DNA of 64,000 nt from the human T2T-CHM13v2.0 reference genome, Homo sapiens: assembly GCF_009914755.1 (NCBI RefSeq), contig NC_060925.1. One strand, 5' to 3'. Within the stretch, counting starts at the first letter, position 1. Every line of letters starts with the position of its first letter. Below the pieces are notes generated by a model, which was not told the DNA's origin, ran no database searches, and saw only the letters and a list, made by a program, of their open reading frames with translations. Positions 42,415 through 55,507 of the stretch are shown piece after piece. A program made the translations under genes and the position numbers.

Positions 42415-44667
42415 TGATATGGTCTGTCTCTGTGTCCCCCACCAAAATCTCATCTTGAATTGTAATCCCCATGTGTTAGGGGAGGGACCTTGTGGGAGAT
42501 GATTAGATCATGGGGGTGGTCCCCCCATGCTGTTCTTGCTATAGTGAGTGAGTTCTCATGAAATCTGATGGTTTTACAAGGGCTTTTCCCCCTTCACTCT
42601 GCACTTGACTCTTCTGCCGCCATATGAAGAAGGACAAGTTTGCTTCCCCTTCTGCCATGATTGTAAGTTTCCTGGGGCTTCCCCAGCCATGAGGAACTGT
42701 GAGTCAATTAAACCTCTTTCCTTGATAAATTACCCAGTCTTGGGCAGTTCCTTATAGCAGCATGAGAATGGACTAATACAGTTAATTGGAACCAGGAGGT
42801 AGTGGGGTGCTGCTATAAGGATACCCAAAAATGTGGAAGCAACTTTGGAACTGGGCAATAGGCAGAGGTTGGAAGAATTTGGAGGGCTTAGAAGAAGACA
42901 GGAAAATGTGGGAAAGTTTGGAACTTCCTAGAGACTTGTTGAATGGCTTTCACCAAAATGCTTATAGTGATATGGACAATGAAGTCCAGGTCTCAGATGG
43001 AGATGAGGAACTTGTTGGGAACTGGAATATGCTTTATTTTGCCCCTGCCTTAGAGATCTGTGAAACTTTGAACTTGAGAGAGATGATTTAGGGTATCTAG
43101 TGGAAGAAATTTCTAAGCAGCAAAGCATTCAAGATGAGGAAGAGCATAAAAGTTGGAAAATTTGCAGCCTGATGATGCAACAGAAAAGAAAAACCTGTTT
43201 TCTGGGGAAAAAGTCAAGACAGCTGCAGAAATTTGCATAAGTAACAAGGAGCCAAATGTTAATCACCAAGACAATGGGGAAAATGTCTCCAGGGCATGTC
43301 AGAGACCTTTGAGGCAGCACCTCAAATCACAGGCCCAGAGGCCTACGAGGAAAAAATGGTTTTGTGGGCTGGGCTCAGGGCCACCCTGCTGTGTGCAACC
43401 TAGGGACTTGGTGCCCTGCCTCCCAGTCAGCTCCAGCTGTGGCTAAAATGGGCCAAGGTACAGTTCAGGATGTGGCTTTAGAGGGTGCAAGCCCCAAGCC
43501 TTGGCAGCTTTCATGTGGTGTTGAGCCTGCAGGTGCACAGAAGTCCAGAATTGAGGTTTGGGAACCTCTGCCTAGATTTCAGAGGATATATGGAAATGCT
43601 TGGATGTCCAGGCAGAAGTTTGCTTCAGGGGCAGAGCCCTCATGGAGAACCTCTGCTAGGGCAGTGCAGAAGAGAAATGTGGGGTCAGAGCCCCCACAGA
43701 GTCCCCACTGGGGCACTGCCTGTTGGAGCTGTGAGAAGAGGGCCACCATCCTCTAAACTCCAGAATGGTAGATCCACCTATTGCTTAGGCTGTGCACCTG
43801 GAAAAGCCACACACACTCAACACCAGTCCATGAAAGCAGCAGGGATGGGGGCTGTAGCCTGCAAAACCACAGGGGTGGAGCTGCACAAGGCCATGGGATC
43901 CCACCTCTTGCATCAGCATGACCTGGATGTGAGACATGGAGTCAAAGGAGATTATTTCAGAGCTTTAAGATTTAATTACTGCCTCATTGAATTTCAAACT
44001 TGCGTAGGGCCTGTAGTCCCTTTGTTTTGGCCAATTTCTCCCATTTGGAATGGGTGTATTTACCCAATGCCTGTACCATCATTGTATCTAGGAAGTAACT
44101 AACTTGCTTTTGATTTTACAGGCTCCTAGGTGGAAGGGACTTGCCTTGCCTCAGATGAAAGACTTTGGATTTGGACTTTTGGGTTAATGCCAAAATGAGT
44201 TAAGACTTTGGGGATATGGTGGGAAGGCATAACTGTGTTTTGAAATGTGAGAAGGATGAGATTTGGGAGGGGCCAGGGGCAGAATGATATGGTCTGGCTC
44301 TGTGTCCCCACCCAAGTCTCATTTTGAATTGTAATCTGAATTGTAATCCCTGCATGTTGGAGGAGAAACCTTGTGGGAGGTAATTAGATCATGGGGGCTG
44401 TCCCCCACCATGCTGTTCTCATGATAGTGAGTTCTCACGAGAGCTGATGGTTTTATAAGGGGCTTTTCACCCTTCACTCTGCACTTCTCTCTCCTGCTGT
44501 CATGTGAAGAGGGATGTGTTTGCTTTCCCTTCCGCCATGACTCTAAGTTTCCTGAGGCCTCTCCAGCCATGTGGAACTGTGAGTCAAACCTCTTTATAAA
44601 TTACTCAGTCTCAGGTACCCAATCTCAGATATGCTGCTTCATAGCAGCATGAGAACAGACTAATATA
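42415..44667 (+). mobile_element. Full-length THE1 (THE1C/D-like) MaLR: LTR 42415-42780, internal 42781-44284, LTR 44285-44667
   Basis: Two TGATATGG...actaataCA/TA LTRs; internal gaaaatgtgggaaagtttggaacttcctagagacttg; purine tract gggaggggccaggggcagaa before the 3' LTR; TSD TTCAC/CTCAC. Confidence 0.95.
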
Positions 44668-45721
44668 CTCACTTTAAAAAAAAAATTTAGATGAAAAAAC
44701 AGTGACATCTATAATCCAGTGCCTAGTGAGCAAGGTTCAAATGAGCTTAGCAAAGTTCTAGGAAAGGATGGCTGGAGTGGGAAAAGGCTAATAAAAAGAA
44801 GCAGGACACAGTCCTCAAGGCCTCAATCATCTATTACAGAGACAAAGTTTATAAATGGAAAAAGTACTGCAAGGCAAGCCGTGATTCAATTTCCAAGTGG
44901 GTTAAACAGATCAAGTCTCAGTTTGGTGAAGAATTAAAGTAATGAAAGAATAGAGCATTACACAGAAGTCACAATTGTCATGAATGGGTTCTTATCAAAG
45001 AAAAAGATTCATTTGTTTGATTTTTCAATTAGGTATTTTAATTCTGTACTTCTAACCTACTGAAATTGCACCAAAATCCACATCCCTTTGTTCTCAAAAA
45101 ACATCTGGCCATACCATAGTCAGGATGGCTGGGCCACCACACTTCCCCAGCAGGCAGGCTAAGAGCTCTTAAGGACAGGTTTTTTCAAAGGCAGCAAGAG
45201 GACCATCCATCCCCTCAGCCAGCCAAGGCTGTTCCTCTTTGCCTCCTGAGAATCTGTTTTTGTAGCACTTGGAAGCATATACTAGATACTCAAAAACCAG
45301 CCCACTGCAAGTCAAGAGTAGAACAATACCAATATGACATCATCGGTGCCGAACGGAGTGGCCAAAATAGTTAAGATATATTACAGAAATCTGTATTACC
45401 AGGAATGATGTAGAATTCTTTGAGTGTAGTGAGAATGGGGGTGAACCCACAATTTACAAAAGATCCTACCTTCATTTAAATGCACTTGGTTAGGAGGATC
45501 CCAGCAAAGCTACTAGGGAAGGACCCAGAGCCACAAGCACCTGTGGGCCAGGCTCCCAACTGGCCCTGCTGGTGGCTGTGTGTGGGGTTGCAGCCCAGCC
45601 CCAGCAGTACTAGGCAGGGCACATGCAATGGTGCATCTTAGGTCTACGTGGGCTGTTGATCAAGAGCAAGGCCCAGCCATCTGCAGCAGAAACGGAACAG
45701 GAAGCAGCCTCTGGGGAACAG

Positions 45722-46024
<303 letters not shown>

Positions 46025-46189
46025 AATCTGGACAAGATTTGAATCAGGGCTTCTGTGGCAGGAATAGTGTGGGAGGGTTTCACTTCCTCTGGGAACTCCT
46101 CTCTGGATTACTACCCTTCCCCCATATCTAGGTTAGGGTCACAATGAAGGCTCCTGCAGTGTCCTGTTCTCACCTCTTCTTCTATTACC

Positions 46190-46345
46190 CTGCAATGGAA
46201 TCATCCATGTACCCATCTATCTCCCCAGCTAGAATAGGTGCACCTTGGGGATAGCATCTGTGTCTGATTCATCTTTGTATGGAGCAAACAATATCTGGCA
46301 CACAATGTGTGCACAGGAAATGTTTGCTACTGTTATTGAATGTGG
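46190..46345 (+). mobile_element. L2 3' end
   Basis: atctatctccccagctagaat...tgtgtctgattcatctttgtat...tctggcacaca. Confidence 0.6.
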
Positions 46346-47664
46346 ATTGCAAATCAGGGAATCAAGACCCCATTGGGAGCATGTAGGGCCATTTGCATAT
46401 AGGGGAGCTTGTTGTCCTGAGACCAAGTGTGAGACTGGAGTCTCAACAAGCAGATGAGACCTCAGCTGCTGCAGAGATGTAGCACAGAGCCCACCTGCTA
46501 ATCAGGGTGTCTTAGAAACTCAGAGGGCTAAGTTCGTGGTTGGACAGTCAGTATGGTCCCAGATATCAGAGCCTGTAGTTGCATGGGGGGCCAGGAAATG
46601 TTACAAGCTGACAATTTTATAAGAACACTCATTTTCAGGTGTTCACTGTCCATTCAGTATGAAGACTTACTCTGAGAAGCAGAGTTGACACCGGCCACCA
46701 TCAAGCAATAAAATCTAAAATCTAAGGCTGCCAACATAGTGATGGTTCTGCCTTCCCCTATCCTCCGGAGGGACAGAGAGGAGTTCAAAATGCCTCCCTA
46801 GTACTCAGTGTTTTGTGACTCAGAGATGGTGTTTATTGCCTGCACACTCTTCTAAGCCTTCTGAATATCCATGCAGCCCTTCCTCCCAGCTCAACCAGAG
46901 CAATTGACTGATGCACTGGTATAACCATCTCCGGTTACATGTTTACTATGCCAGGGAGAAAAGGAATTCTTATCGTAAATCACTATTCCTTGCAAATGTA
47001 TTTGCCAGAATCAAAATAAAGCTAAAGTTAGACACAAAATGGGATGGGACAGAAACTTGCCCAAGCAAGGTCAGAGAAATAGGGGGAAGAAGAGGTCTCA
47101 GCATCACTTTGAGACTCAGGACAAGACTTTTTCCATCCGCCTCTTGTAATTCTGGGTATCAGTGAGCCCAGTTGGGAATAAACAGCCCCGAGATCAGTAG
47201 TGGCTACTGGGTTTTTTCTTGTAGGCCTGGGGGCAGTGGGACTGCGACAAGGCTATCCAGGCTTGCCTGCTGCCTGCTACCAGCAGGGATTGCAAAGCAA
47301 GTCCATCAGCCCAGGGCATGGCTTCCACGGTGAGAACCGGGAGGAGAGCCCATGCTTGCAGAGCAAGTTCTTGGTGGCAAGCACCAACCTCTTTCAGAGA
47401 AACTTGATTGATGGCAGCACCCTACTCATATCCAAGAGACGTTTCTGCCTGTCGGCACTGATGACCCAAAGCATGCCCTGCTCCTATGGCCAGGAGGTGG
47501 ACCCCGGGTCTGCCACCCTCCCCTTCCCTCTCCTCTGGGCACAGGCTGCGCTTCCTTGCCCTTCCTGTTGTGGAGAGTTGGTGGAAAATGAGTCCTCCCC
47601 CATGTCAGAGCTGAGAATAACAGATCACATAGTTTTCTTTTAGCTGCTCCTGTCTTCCAGGTCA

Positions 47665-47850
47665 TGTTCTAAGTGACTTACAAATCTCATCTCAATTCAT
47701 GCCCAGAACCATCTTATGAGGTCCACTGTTGTCTCCATTTCACAGACGAGCAAACTGAGATGCCCCCCACTCCCAAACAAAAAAATCCCACAGTGGTGAG
47801 TGGTGGAACCAGGCTGGAACCCTGAAAGCTGACTCTGGGCTCACATTCTG
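47665..47850 (-). mobile_element. MIR
   Basis: ctcatctcaattcat...ctccatttcacagacgagcaaactgaga. Confidence 0.65.
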
Positions 47851-48497
47851 ACCCGCTTTCCTCTCCTTGGGGAATCCACAGTGGGGGTGGCTCTGGAGCA
47901 GGCAAGATCACAGGCAGAGGCTCTCCGTGTTTTTCTTCACCTTGCCTACTTCAGGAGAGAGCTGAAGGAGGGCCCAGTGAGATGCACAGAGCCATGCTGC
48001 ATTGTGAGTGGGCTCAAAGCCTCTCACAAATAGTACAACTCCAAGTCAGACAGCAGCTCCGAAAATCGAAAGGGCCGAGTTGATACAGGTTTTGTTTCAT
48101 TTTGTTTTACCCACACTTCAAAACATGTCCTGCCCCAGTGGTCGCGTTAGCATCTGTCATTGTTGTGTTTCTTTAAAGTCGGGCAATGTGTTAACTGAGC
48201 TGAAGGATTAGTCATCTGTCCCTAAAGTGAGATGGCTCCCTGGATCCTAAATGCACTTGAAACAGACAATCCCACATGCAACCAAGAATAGGAAACGCTG
48301 CATGGCAAGGGTTAGTGGTGCAGAGAGATTGCAAGAGTCAGAGAGCACATGTGTAGAAAACAGGGAAAATGAAAATAAGAGAGAAAAGAGACTAAGAAAA
48401 TAGGAAGACATAGATATTTACACAGATATGTAAATATCCACTTCCCCATGATATGTAAATATCCACTTCTCATGGACATTTAAGATGTGTCTGTATG

Positions 48498-48950
48498 TGT
48501 ATTTGTTTGCTTGGGCTGCTGTAACACAGTACCATAGACCAGGAGGCTTAAACAACAGAAATCTATTGTCTCATACATTTCATCTGGAGGCTAGAAGTCC
48601 AAAATCAAGGCATCAGCAGAGCTGGTTCCTCCTGAGGCCTGTGAGAGAGAATCTGCTCCACGCCGCACCCCTTGCTCCTTGTGGTTTGCTAGCAGTCTTT
48701 CGTGTTCCTTAGCTTGACGATGTATCACTCAATCTCTGCCTTCATCTTCATGTGGTGTACTCCCTGTGTGTGTGTCTCTGTGTCCAAATTTCCCCTTCTG
48801 ATGTGGACATCTATCATATTTGATTAGGGCCCGCTCTGATGACCTCATTTTAACTTGATTACCTCTGTTATGACCCTGCCTCCAAACAAGGTCACAATCT
48901 GAGGTTCATTAACATATAATTCTTGAGTAGAAACAATTCAATCCATAGCA
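48498..48950 (-). mobile_element. MaLR LTR (MLT1C-like)
   Basis: gggctgctgtaacacagtacca...ggcttaaacaacagaaat...ctggaggctagaagtccaaaatcaagg...caattcaatccatagca. Confidence 0.85.
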
Positions 48951-49394
48951 GCTTGCATTTTTCTCACATGTGAGAGGGATCTTAGCCTGTGACTTTTAAA
49001 AGACACAAAACAAAGAAAAACCTTGAAATGCATCTATCAGGTGATGAAATGCATCTATCAACCGCTAGCTGTGGGACCTAGTGTTCAAGTGAAGAGAGGT
49101 GGAGGTATTGATCCTTTTACATTAAACCCAATTTGCTGTGTGCTCCATTTCATGACAGACTTGCTCAGTGGGGCCAGATGCATTGTAGTATTGCCCCTAT
49201 TTTCTAGGCAAGACCCATGTTATGAAACAACTCTTGTCTCTGTCTCTCTCTCCTACCTCTTCCATTAGAAGATGATGATGGCCCTCATTCGCTGAAGACT
49301 CGGGGCTAGCAACAACTGAAATAAAATAAAATAAAACTATTTTAATGGATGACATAATAGGTGGCTCCTTTTGAAGGGGAGGACAGAGTATGGA

Positions 49395-49612
49395 CCCTGG
49401 TGCTGAACTTATTGGGTTCAAATCCCAGCTCTGCCATTGAGCAGCTGTGGAATGTGGAGGAAATTCGCAAACTCTCTGTAGCTCAGTTTCCTCATTTGTC
49501 GTAAGGGGTGAAAAGAGAATCTCCCTGATGGAGTTGTGAGAAATAAATGATTTAATGTTTGTATATCCCATGAACCACAGCCTGAAGCCTAGTAAGCCCT
49601 ATGTAAATATAC
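49395..49612 (+). mobile_element. MIR
   Basis: tgggttcaaatcccagctctgcca...ctcagtttcctcatttgt...gagttgtgagaaataaatga. Confidence 0.8.
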
Positions 49613-50967
49613 TTAAATTAAAACCATAAGAATTGTAGAGGAAGCTGACTGCTTTTAACTGCATTGGAATCCTTTTTAAAAAATAACAAACTCAGGCCCA
49701 CTGGTACACTGTGAAAGTCACAAGACCTCAACGGCAGCGTTTAAGGAGACATTTGTCTCCTGCGGCCATGGGGCAGACTGGAGTGAACAGCAGGTCCAGG
49801 GTCAAAGCCTCAGCATGGCAGAGCTGTGAGAGCTGTAGGGAAGACTAATCTGCATCTTCATAGGTTTTCTATGCCAAAGTCAGGGCCCTGATGAGGAAAA
49901 AAAAAAAAAAAAGTGAAACCCTGAAACTGTAACAAGAATATTTGATTGGACAAGCCTAAGAATTTCAAGTCCCTGTATTGTACAAAACCCAGTGCGCTGC
50001 CAGAAGCAGCCTCATCCTCCTTTGCAAATGAGAAGAGTGCCCCTGTGCCTGGAACTGAGCAGCGAGAGGTCTTGCCTGAGGCAGGTGGCCTCAGGCAACC
50101 TTGCATGATGATGCTGGCCCTCCTTAAGATTCCCTTCTGCCTCCCATCATTGATTCCAGTACCAAAACTTGGGCAAGGTCTCAACACCACCTGAATGGAA
50201 AAATAGAGCCCTTGCTCCAGAGTAAAGTTTACATGCCAAGGGAATTGTAGTCCTAGCTGATAAATACTACCAAGACCTGGGGAAATATGTGAAAATAGAT
50301 GTCGAGGGGTTTCAAATCAGAGCAAGGAGAACATCAGGCTGGATAGGGGAGGACTGATTGACATGGGAGACCTCCCACGTAACTTGGGATCCAATGTTCT
50401 AACCAAAACACCTGGAGCCAGTCCCACAAGTCTGTTGAGATGCCTCCTTGAAGATCTGACATAAAGGAAATGTACATGAAATGAGGCAGAGCTACCACCA
50501 TCCTTATCATACCATCAAGGAAAGTGCAATCAGCTCAGACAGATAAGGTTGTTAGAGTGGATTTACCAAGTTGGACGTGAGAAAGCACTCTTGTCTATTT
50601 CCCCAGGGGAGACTAGAAGACACACCCTTCTCCAAGATCATAAGGAATGCACTGGTGATGGCTGTACTGATATCTCACAAGCCTGAAGATGGTACCTTTT
50701 TAGATATATGAAAAAACAAATTTATTTCTTATAGTTCTGGAGGCAGGGATGATTGTCCATTTTAGAGCAGAGTTGACAGTTAAAGATGATGTCATAGAAA
50801 TGGACTCCCTAATATCAGTAAGCATAATGGGATCATAGAATTATGAGGCTAGGAGGCACTCAAATCTCAAATGAAAATTGAATGTGATTACCCTAAAGGA
50901 CAACAAGACTGGAATAGCCATCAGTGTGCCGTGACTTGTGGACACATATCGTAAAGGCTGTTGGCTA

Positions 50968-51624
50968 TGTTGGAGCTCAGAAAGCAATACCCCAAAATGA
51001 AGGCCTCAGAAGCGAAAGTTTTCCTCTGACATTCTCCTGCCCTCCTGCCTCTCAGTCTCATTCTCCCCCAAGGTTAGACAGAGAAACTAGAACCCCTCTT
51101 CCCCAAGGCAGGTCATAGAAACCAGAACCCTTTTCCCCACAGCCAAAGCCAGCCATAAAATCTAAAAATATGACTCTAACTGCCTCTGCCACCACCTGCC
51201 TTTCTGTGTAAAAACTAGCCTTAAAGAAATTATCTGACCTACCTTGTTTGAATGTAGGTCATGAGACGCCCCCATTCCAGAGACAGCCCTGCCCCACCCC
51301 AAGAAGGAAGGAATGCTGTGCAGAGACAGCAGGAAGAATCTAGACAGACAGGCCTTGCTGGGTGTCCCACTGGGTCTGTTAGCATCGGATCATATCCTTT
51401 TTGTCCAATCATATTTCTACACAGCTGTCCATAGTTTGCTAAACATAAGCTTAAAGATGGATAATTTCCCCTGTGTCTTTGGGTCTTCATTTTGAAGTCT
51501 TCATGTCATGTAAGACTATGATGAAATAAATTTGTATGCTTTTTCTCCTATTAACCTGCCCCTTGCCAGTGCTTTTCAGTGGACCCTCAGTGGACACAGG
51601 GGAAGTTTCCCCTTGGCCCCAGCA
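50968..51624 (+). mobile_element. MER39-type solo LTR nested in the ERVL
   Basis: TGTTGGAGCTCAGAAAGCAATACCCCAAAATGAAGGCCTCAGAAGC...ccttggccccagCA; exact 4-bp TSD GCTA (50964-50967, 51625-51628). Confidence 0.9.
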
Positions 51625-51899
51625 GCTACCAGATCATGGTGTTCTCCTAACATGGATAGTCGACTAAGGTGGTATTCAACTTTGCATAAAAAAGATTGAG
51701 CGTTGGTCCTTTATTCAATTTTCAGATTAAAATGCTTAACACACCTAGAGTCGACTGACTGAAGAAGAGTCCGGGTTTCTCTGAGGAAAGACTTGGCAAT
51801 ACCATCACAAATAATCTATAGTAAACATTCCCCCAAGTCTTTCCCATGTGATCCGAGAACATTTGCCAAAATCACAAGCCCTGGGAAGAGAGTCTGGCC

Positions 51900-54200
51900 A
51901 GATCCTTCCAGGACTATTAGACATGGGTCGGAGCTGACACTGATACCAGAACTGAAACGCCATCATCATCCTCCAAGTAGAGTAGGGACTAATGAAGATC
52001 AATATAATTTTCCCCAAATTTATCTGTCTTCAGGAAATACTGCCCAAGGTAAAGGACAAGTTATTGCAGCTTGTACTTCCCACGGCTAAGAAAGAAGCAC
52101 AGTGCTTGGTAGGATTCTTCAGGGTTTATAGGCAGCATACATGGCACTTGAAAATACTTCTCTGGCCCATTATTAGGTGACACAGAAGGCACTCAGTCTT
52201 GAGTGGGTCAGTGAGTAAGACAGAGCCCTGCAACAGGTCCAGGCTACTTGGGCCATATAACCCACCAAAACCTAGAAGATCTTATCATACTGAAGGTATC
52301 TTTGATGGACAGTAATATCATGTCGAGCCTCAGGAAATCTCCGATAGGACACTCACAGCACAGACCCCTAGAGTACTGGAATGGGGCCTCTGCCTGCTTT
52401 TTGGCGAAAATTAGGCCTTCAAGTTAGCTTCAATGAGCAGTCCCTGGACAGACTCAGAACAGCTCAAAGGCCACCAAAGGTTAGAAACTGGAAGAGCCTT
52501 GAGAAATAGGCCGATTATGTTCAGAGAATTTTGCACCATTCAAAAGACTGCCCCTAGCATGCTATTGGACCTGGGTAGAGACAGAGCATCTAATCATGGG
52601 ACATCAGGTGACTGTGTGAATGGAGTTGCCCATCATTAGCTGGGTACTGTGAGATCCACCAAGCCATAAGGTAGGGTGGAACAGCAGCCCATCATCCAAT
52701 GAGAGTGCTACATCTAAATACTGGCCCCAAGCAGGTGCAGAGGTATGAGTAAGCTGCACAGACAAGTGGCTCTGGCTCCCAGGTCATTGTCCCTGATGCA
52801 CCAATGCTTCCTCCTTAGCTTATACCTATGGACTTGAATAGCATGTCCTATGACCAGCTGGCAGAAGAGGGGAAAAAATTAGGCCTGGTTCAAAAACAGA
52901 TTGGCGTTACATGTCAGTGAGAGCCTAAAATGGATGATTGCTTTACCGCAGCCACACTGAGGGATGATATCAAAAGCCTGCAGTGAGAGGAGATTCTCCC
53001 AATGGCCAGTGCCATGGGTCAGCCACTCTGGGTGGAAAAAGAGACAGCCTGGGATAAGGATATGCCTGAACTCCTGGGAAATAGGAAATGGTTTGGTTGG
53101 TTGGTCAGCGACCTGGAAGAAGCAATATTGGAAGATTTGCACAAGGGGATCTGGGTAAGGAGCTGTAGATGGACCTCTGGGACTGGGCACAAGGTGTAAG
53201 GATCTTGGTGTTTCATGTTAGTGTCCACTGAAAAGCATCCAATATATAAGAGGCACTAGGCAACCAAATGGACTGGCACATTCAGCCCATGGGTATCAGA
53301 CAAGTTTGATCTTCAACTACCCTAGTGCTTATACAATGGGCCCATAAATGGAGTCGCTATGGTGGCAAGGATGGAGGCTATGGAGGGCCCAACATCATGC
53401 ATGGGCTCTCCCCCCCTCACAAAGCTGATCTAATGACTGCCACTGAATGTCCAGTCTGTCAACATCAGTGTCCAGAAGAGTCCTCCAGATGATACCATCC
53501 CTGAAGAGACCAACCAACCACTTGGTGGCAAATGGATTACATAAGACACCTTCTACCTGGGAAAGGGCGGTGATTCATTCTGTTCTAAATTGGCATGCAT
53601 TCCAGGTGTGAATTCACCTTTCCTGCCCTCAGTGCCTCAGTAGCACCACTAACCAGAGACCTACAGAGTGTCTGATTTACCAACTTGAGATCCCATATAA
53701 CATCGTCTTAGGCCAAGAAATCCACTTTATGGCAAAGAAGGTATAGGAAAGGGCATAAAACCACAATATTCACTGATCCTGACACATCCTGCTTTCTCCA
53801 GAAGGTGCCAGCCTGAGAGGGCCTTGGATCAGGCTCTTGCAGGAGCTGCTGAGGCACTAACATTGTGAAGCTGGTGTGTGGTCTTTCAGGATGTGGTATA
53901 TATTTTAAGCCAATGGCCATTGTCTGATGCTGTTACTATTTTCCAATAAGTAAAGGGACAGGCATTATCAGATTTACACTTTAGATAGATTATTTCAGCA
54001 GTAGTGTGGAATATAGATTTGAAAGTGGGAAAAGAATGGAGGCTCCTTTAGCAACCAAGAACCAAGGGGTGGAGGGAGAAGTGGTCCCACTCATTATCAT
54101 CCCCAGTAGTCCATTTGGGGAGTTGTGCTTCTCATCCCTGTAACTTAGGTTCTATGATTCTAGAGATCATGAGTCCCAGAGCAGGAACATAGTAAGAGTC
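51900..54200 (+). pseudogene. Fragmented ERVL pro/pol remnants (most of the RT deleted; many stops and frameshifts)
   Basis: ORF-track peptides 51992-52180 and 52964-53158 resemble ERVL RT C-terminus and RNase H; only about 100 bp separate the protease motif from the RT C-terminus. Confidence 0.8.
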
Positions 54201-54408
54201 CCACTAAACCTAAAGATATGGCGTCCACCTTAGATTGCACCTATGGACTTGACAGCATGTCCTATGATAAGCTGACAGAAGAGCATCTTTGTACAGAAGA
54301 TCAGCAGGTAAATAAAAGAGTTACCATCTCCTGGTAATCATTGGCCCACGTTGTTATGAAGAGATGGGACTGGAGCCACACTAAGAAGGAACTCACGGGA
54401 TCCACTGG

Positions 54409-54690
54409 TGTTACTGTTGCTTGCTACACAGAAAGCTAATCACTGAGACAAGCCAGGGAAGAAGGCTTTATTATTTTATAGGTGACATCAGCTGGAGAGA
54501 TGGGAGCCAAACCTCAAATCTATCCTGCCGTGCCCCCTCCCCTCAACTAAAGTGAGGGATTTAAATATCAGGAGGGACAAGGAAGAAGAGTTGGTCAACC
54601 AGCAGCCAATTCCTTTCATTGTACAAATGTAAGTTTCTCAAGCTTCAGTTCTGTGGGCATCTGGCTTGTTGGAAAACTGGGCTGATTTCA
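54409..54690 (-). mobile_element. MER4-group (MER51/57-like) solo LTR, deleted, nested in the ERVL
   Basis: TG...CA ends; ctaatcactgagacaagccagggaagaaggctttatt...gagatgggagccaaacctcaaatc; flanks CTGG/CAGG. Confidence 0.6.
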
Positions 54691-55079
54691 CAGGGACGTG
54701 TCTAGGCGTTCTCTCACCTAGTTTTGACTGGGAATGGGCAAGTGCAACACCACAGCCTGATGAGAGCACGGCAAGTAGGGGTGCAGACCCCTCGGGGGTA
54801 AAGGTCTGTCAGGCCACCAGGCAACCCACGGAGAGCAGCAGAAGTGCAGGAGAAGGAGGCAGGGAATCTACAGCGACGGCAGAGGCGGGGCACAATAAAT
54901 ATCAGTTACGGTGTCAGGAGTCATTTCAGCAGCAGAGGCTATAACTTGTCCCACTAATCTTCCTCCTTTAAGTATTTCCTTAGGATTTGTGACAAGCCAC
55001 CATCTTGAAGGAGCCCCGACCACGAGGAGTGAGCTTGGTGTGAGATGCAAGCATAGCTGAGCAGTTGCAGGGGGTGGAT

Positions 55080-55507
55080 TGTAGCTGACCCCACTGGTCC
55101 TCTGCTCAGGTCCCCTAGGACCCCTCTGACTGTTTGTGAGCCCATTACACAGCTTTTGCATGCTCTTGCCTGCAGTGGCCCATACATGCTACTTGTGAGC
55201 TATTGGAGAGTTTACCTGCATCCCACCCACACCTGCCACGAGGCGACCCTTAGCCGATGCCTGATGGGTGCCAAAGTGTAAAAACCCAGCTCTCTTGCTT
55301 GAACGGAAACAAAACTGAGATGTGGTTTGCACTCCAAAATTGCTCTGTGGGCTCGCTGCAGCTGGAACTTTGGATGCAAATCCTTGCTTGGCTTCCTCCT
55401 TCCCTTCCCACTTCCAACATCCCTTGCTGGTTCCTCTTGGGACCTGTGCCCTCATCAATCACACACCCCTGAGTCCTCCTCTCAGAGGCTGCTTCTGATC
55501 TCAAACA
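55080..55507 (+). mobile_element. LTR16-family 3' LTR of the ERVL
   Basis: Follows the purine tract GGGGGTGGAT; TGTAGCTGACC...ctgctcaggtcccct...cctcctctcagaggctgcttctg. Confidence 0.75.

Larger units (their letters stand above)
49640..55079 (+). mobile_element. Decayed ERVL internal region (HERV16/ERV3-16A3-like)
   Basis: gag-like segment near 50330-50450; protease GSELTLIP near 51925; RT C-terminus KVKDKLLQLVLPTAKKEAQCLVGFF; RNase H NSWEIGNGLVGWSATWK; integrase WWQMDYI near 53523; purine tract at 55069-55078. The start boundary is approximate. Confidence 0.85.

Noticed and set aside
42831-44102. ORFs up to 205 aa inside THE1
   Set aside because: These are frameshifted remnants or alternative frames of the THE1 internal region, not a host gene.
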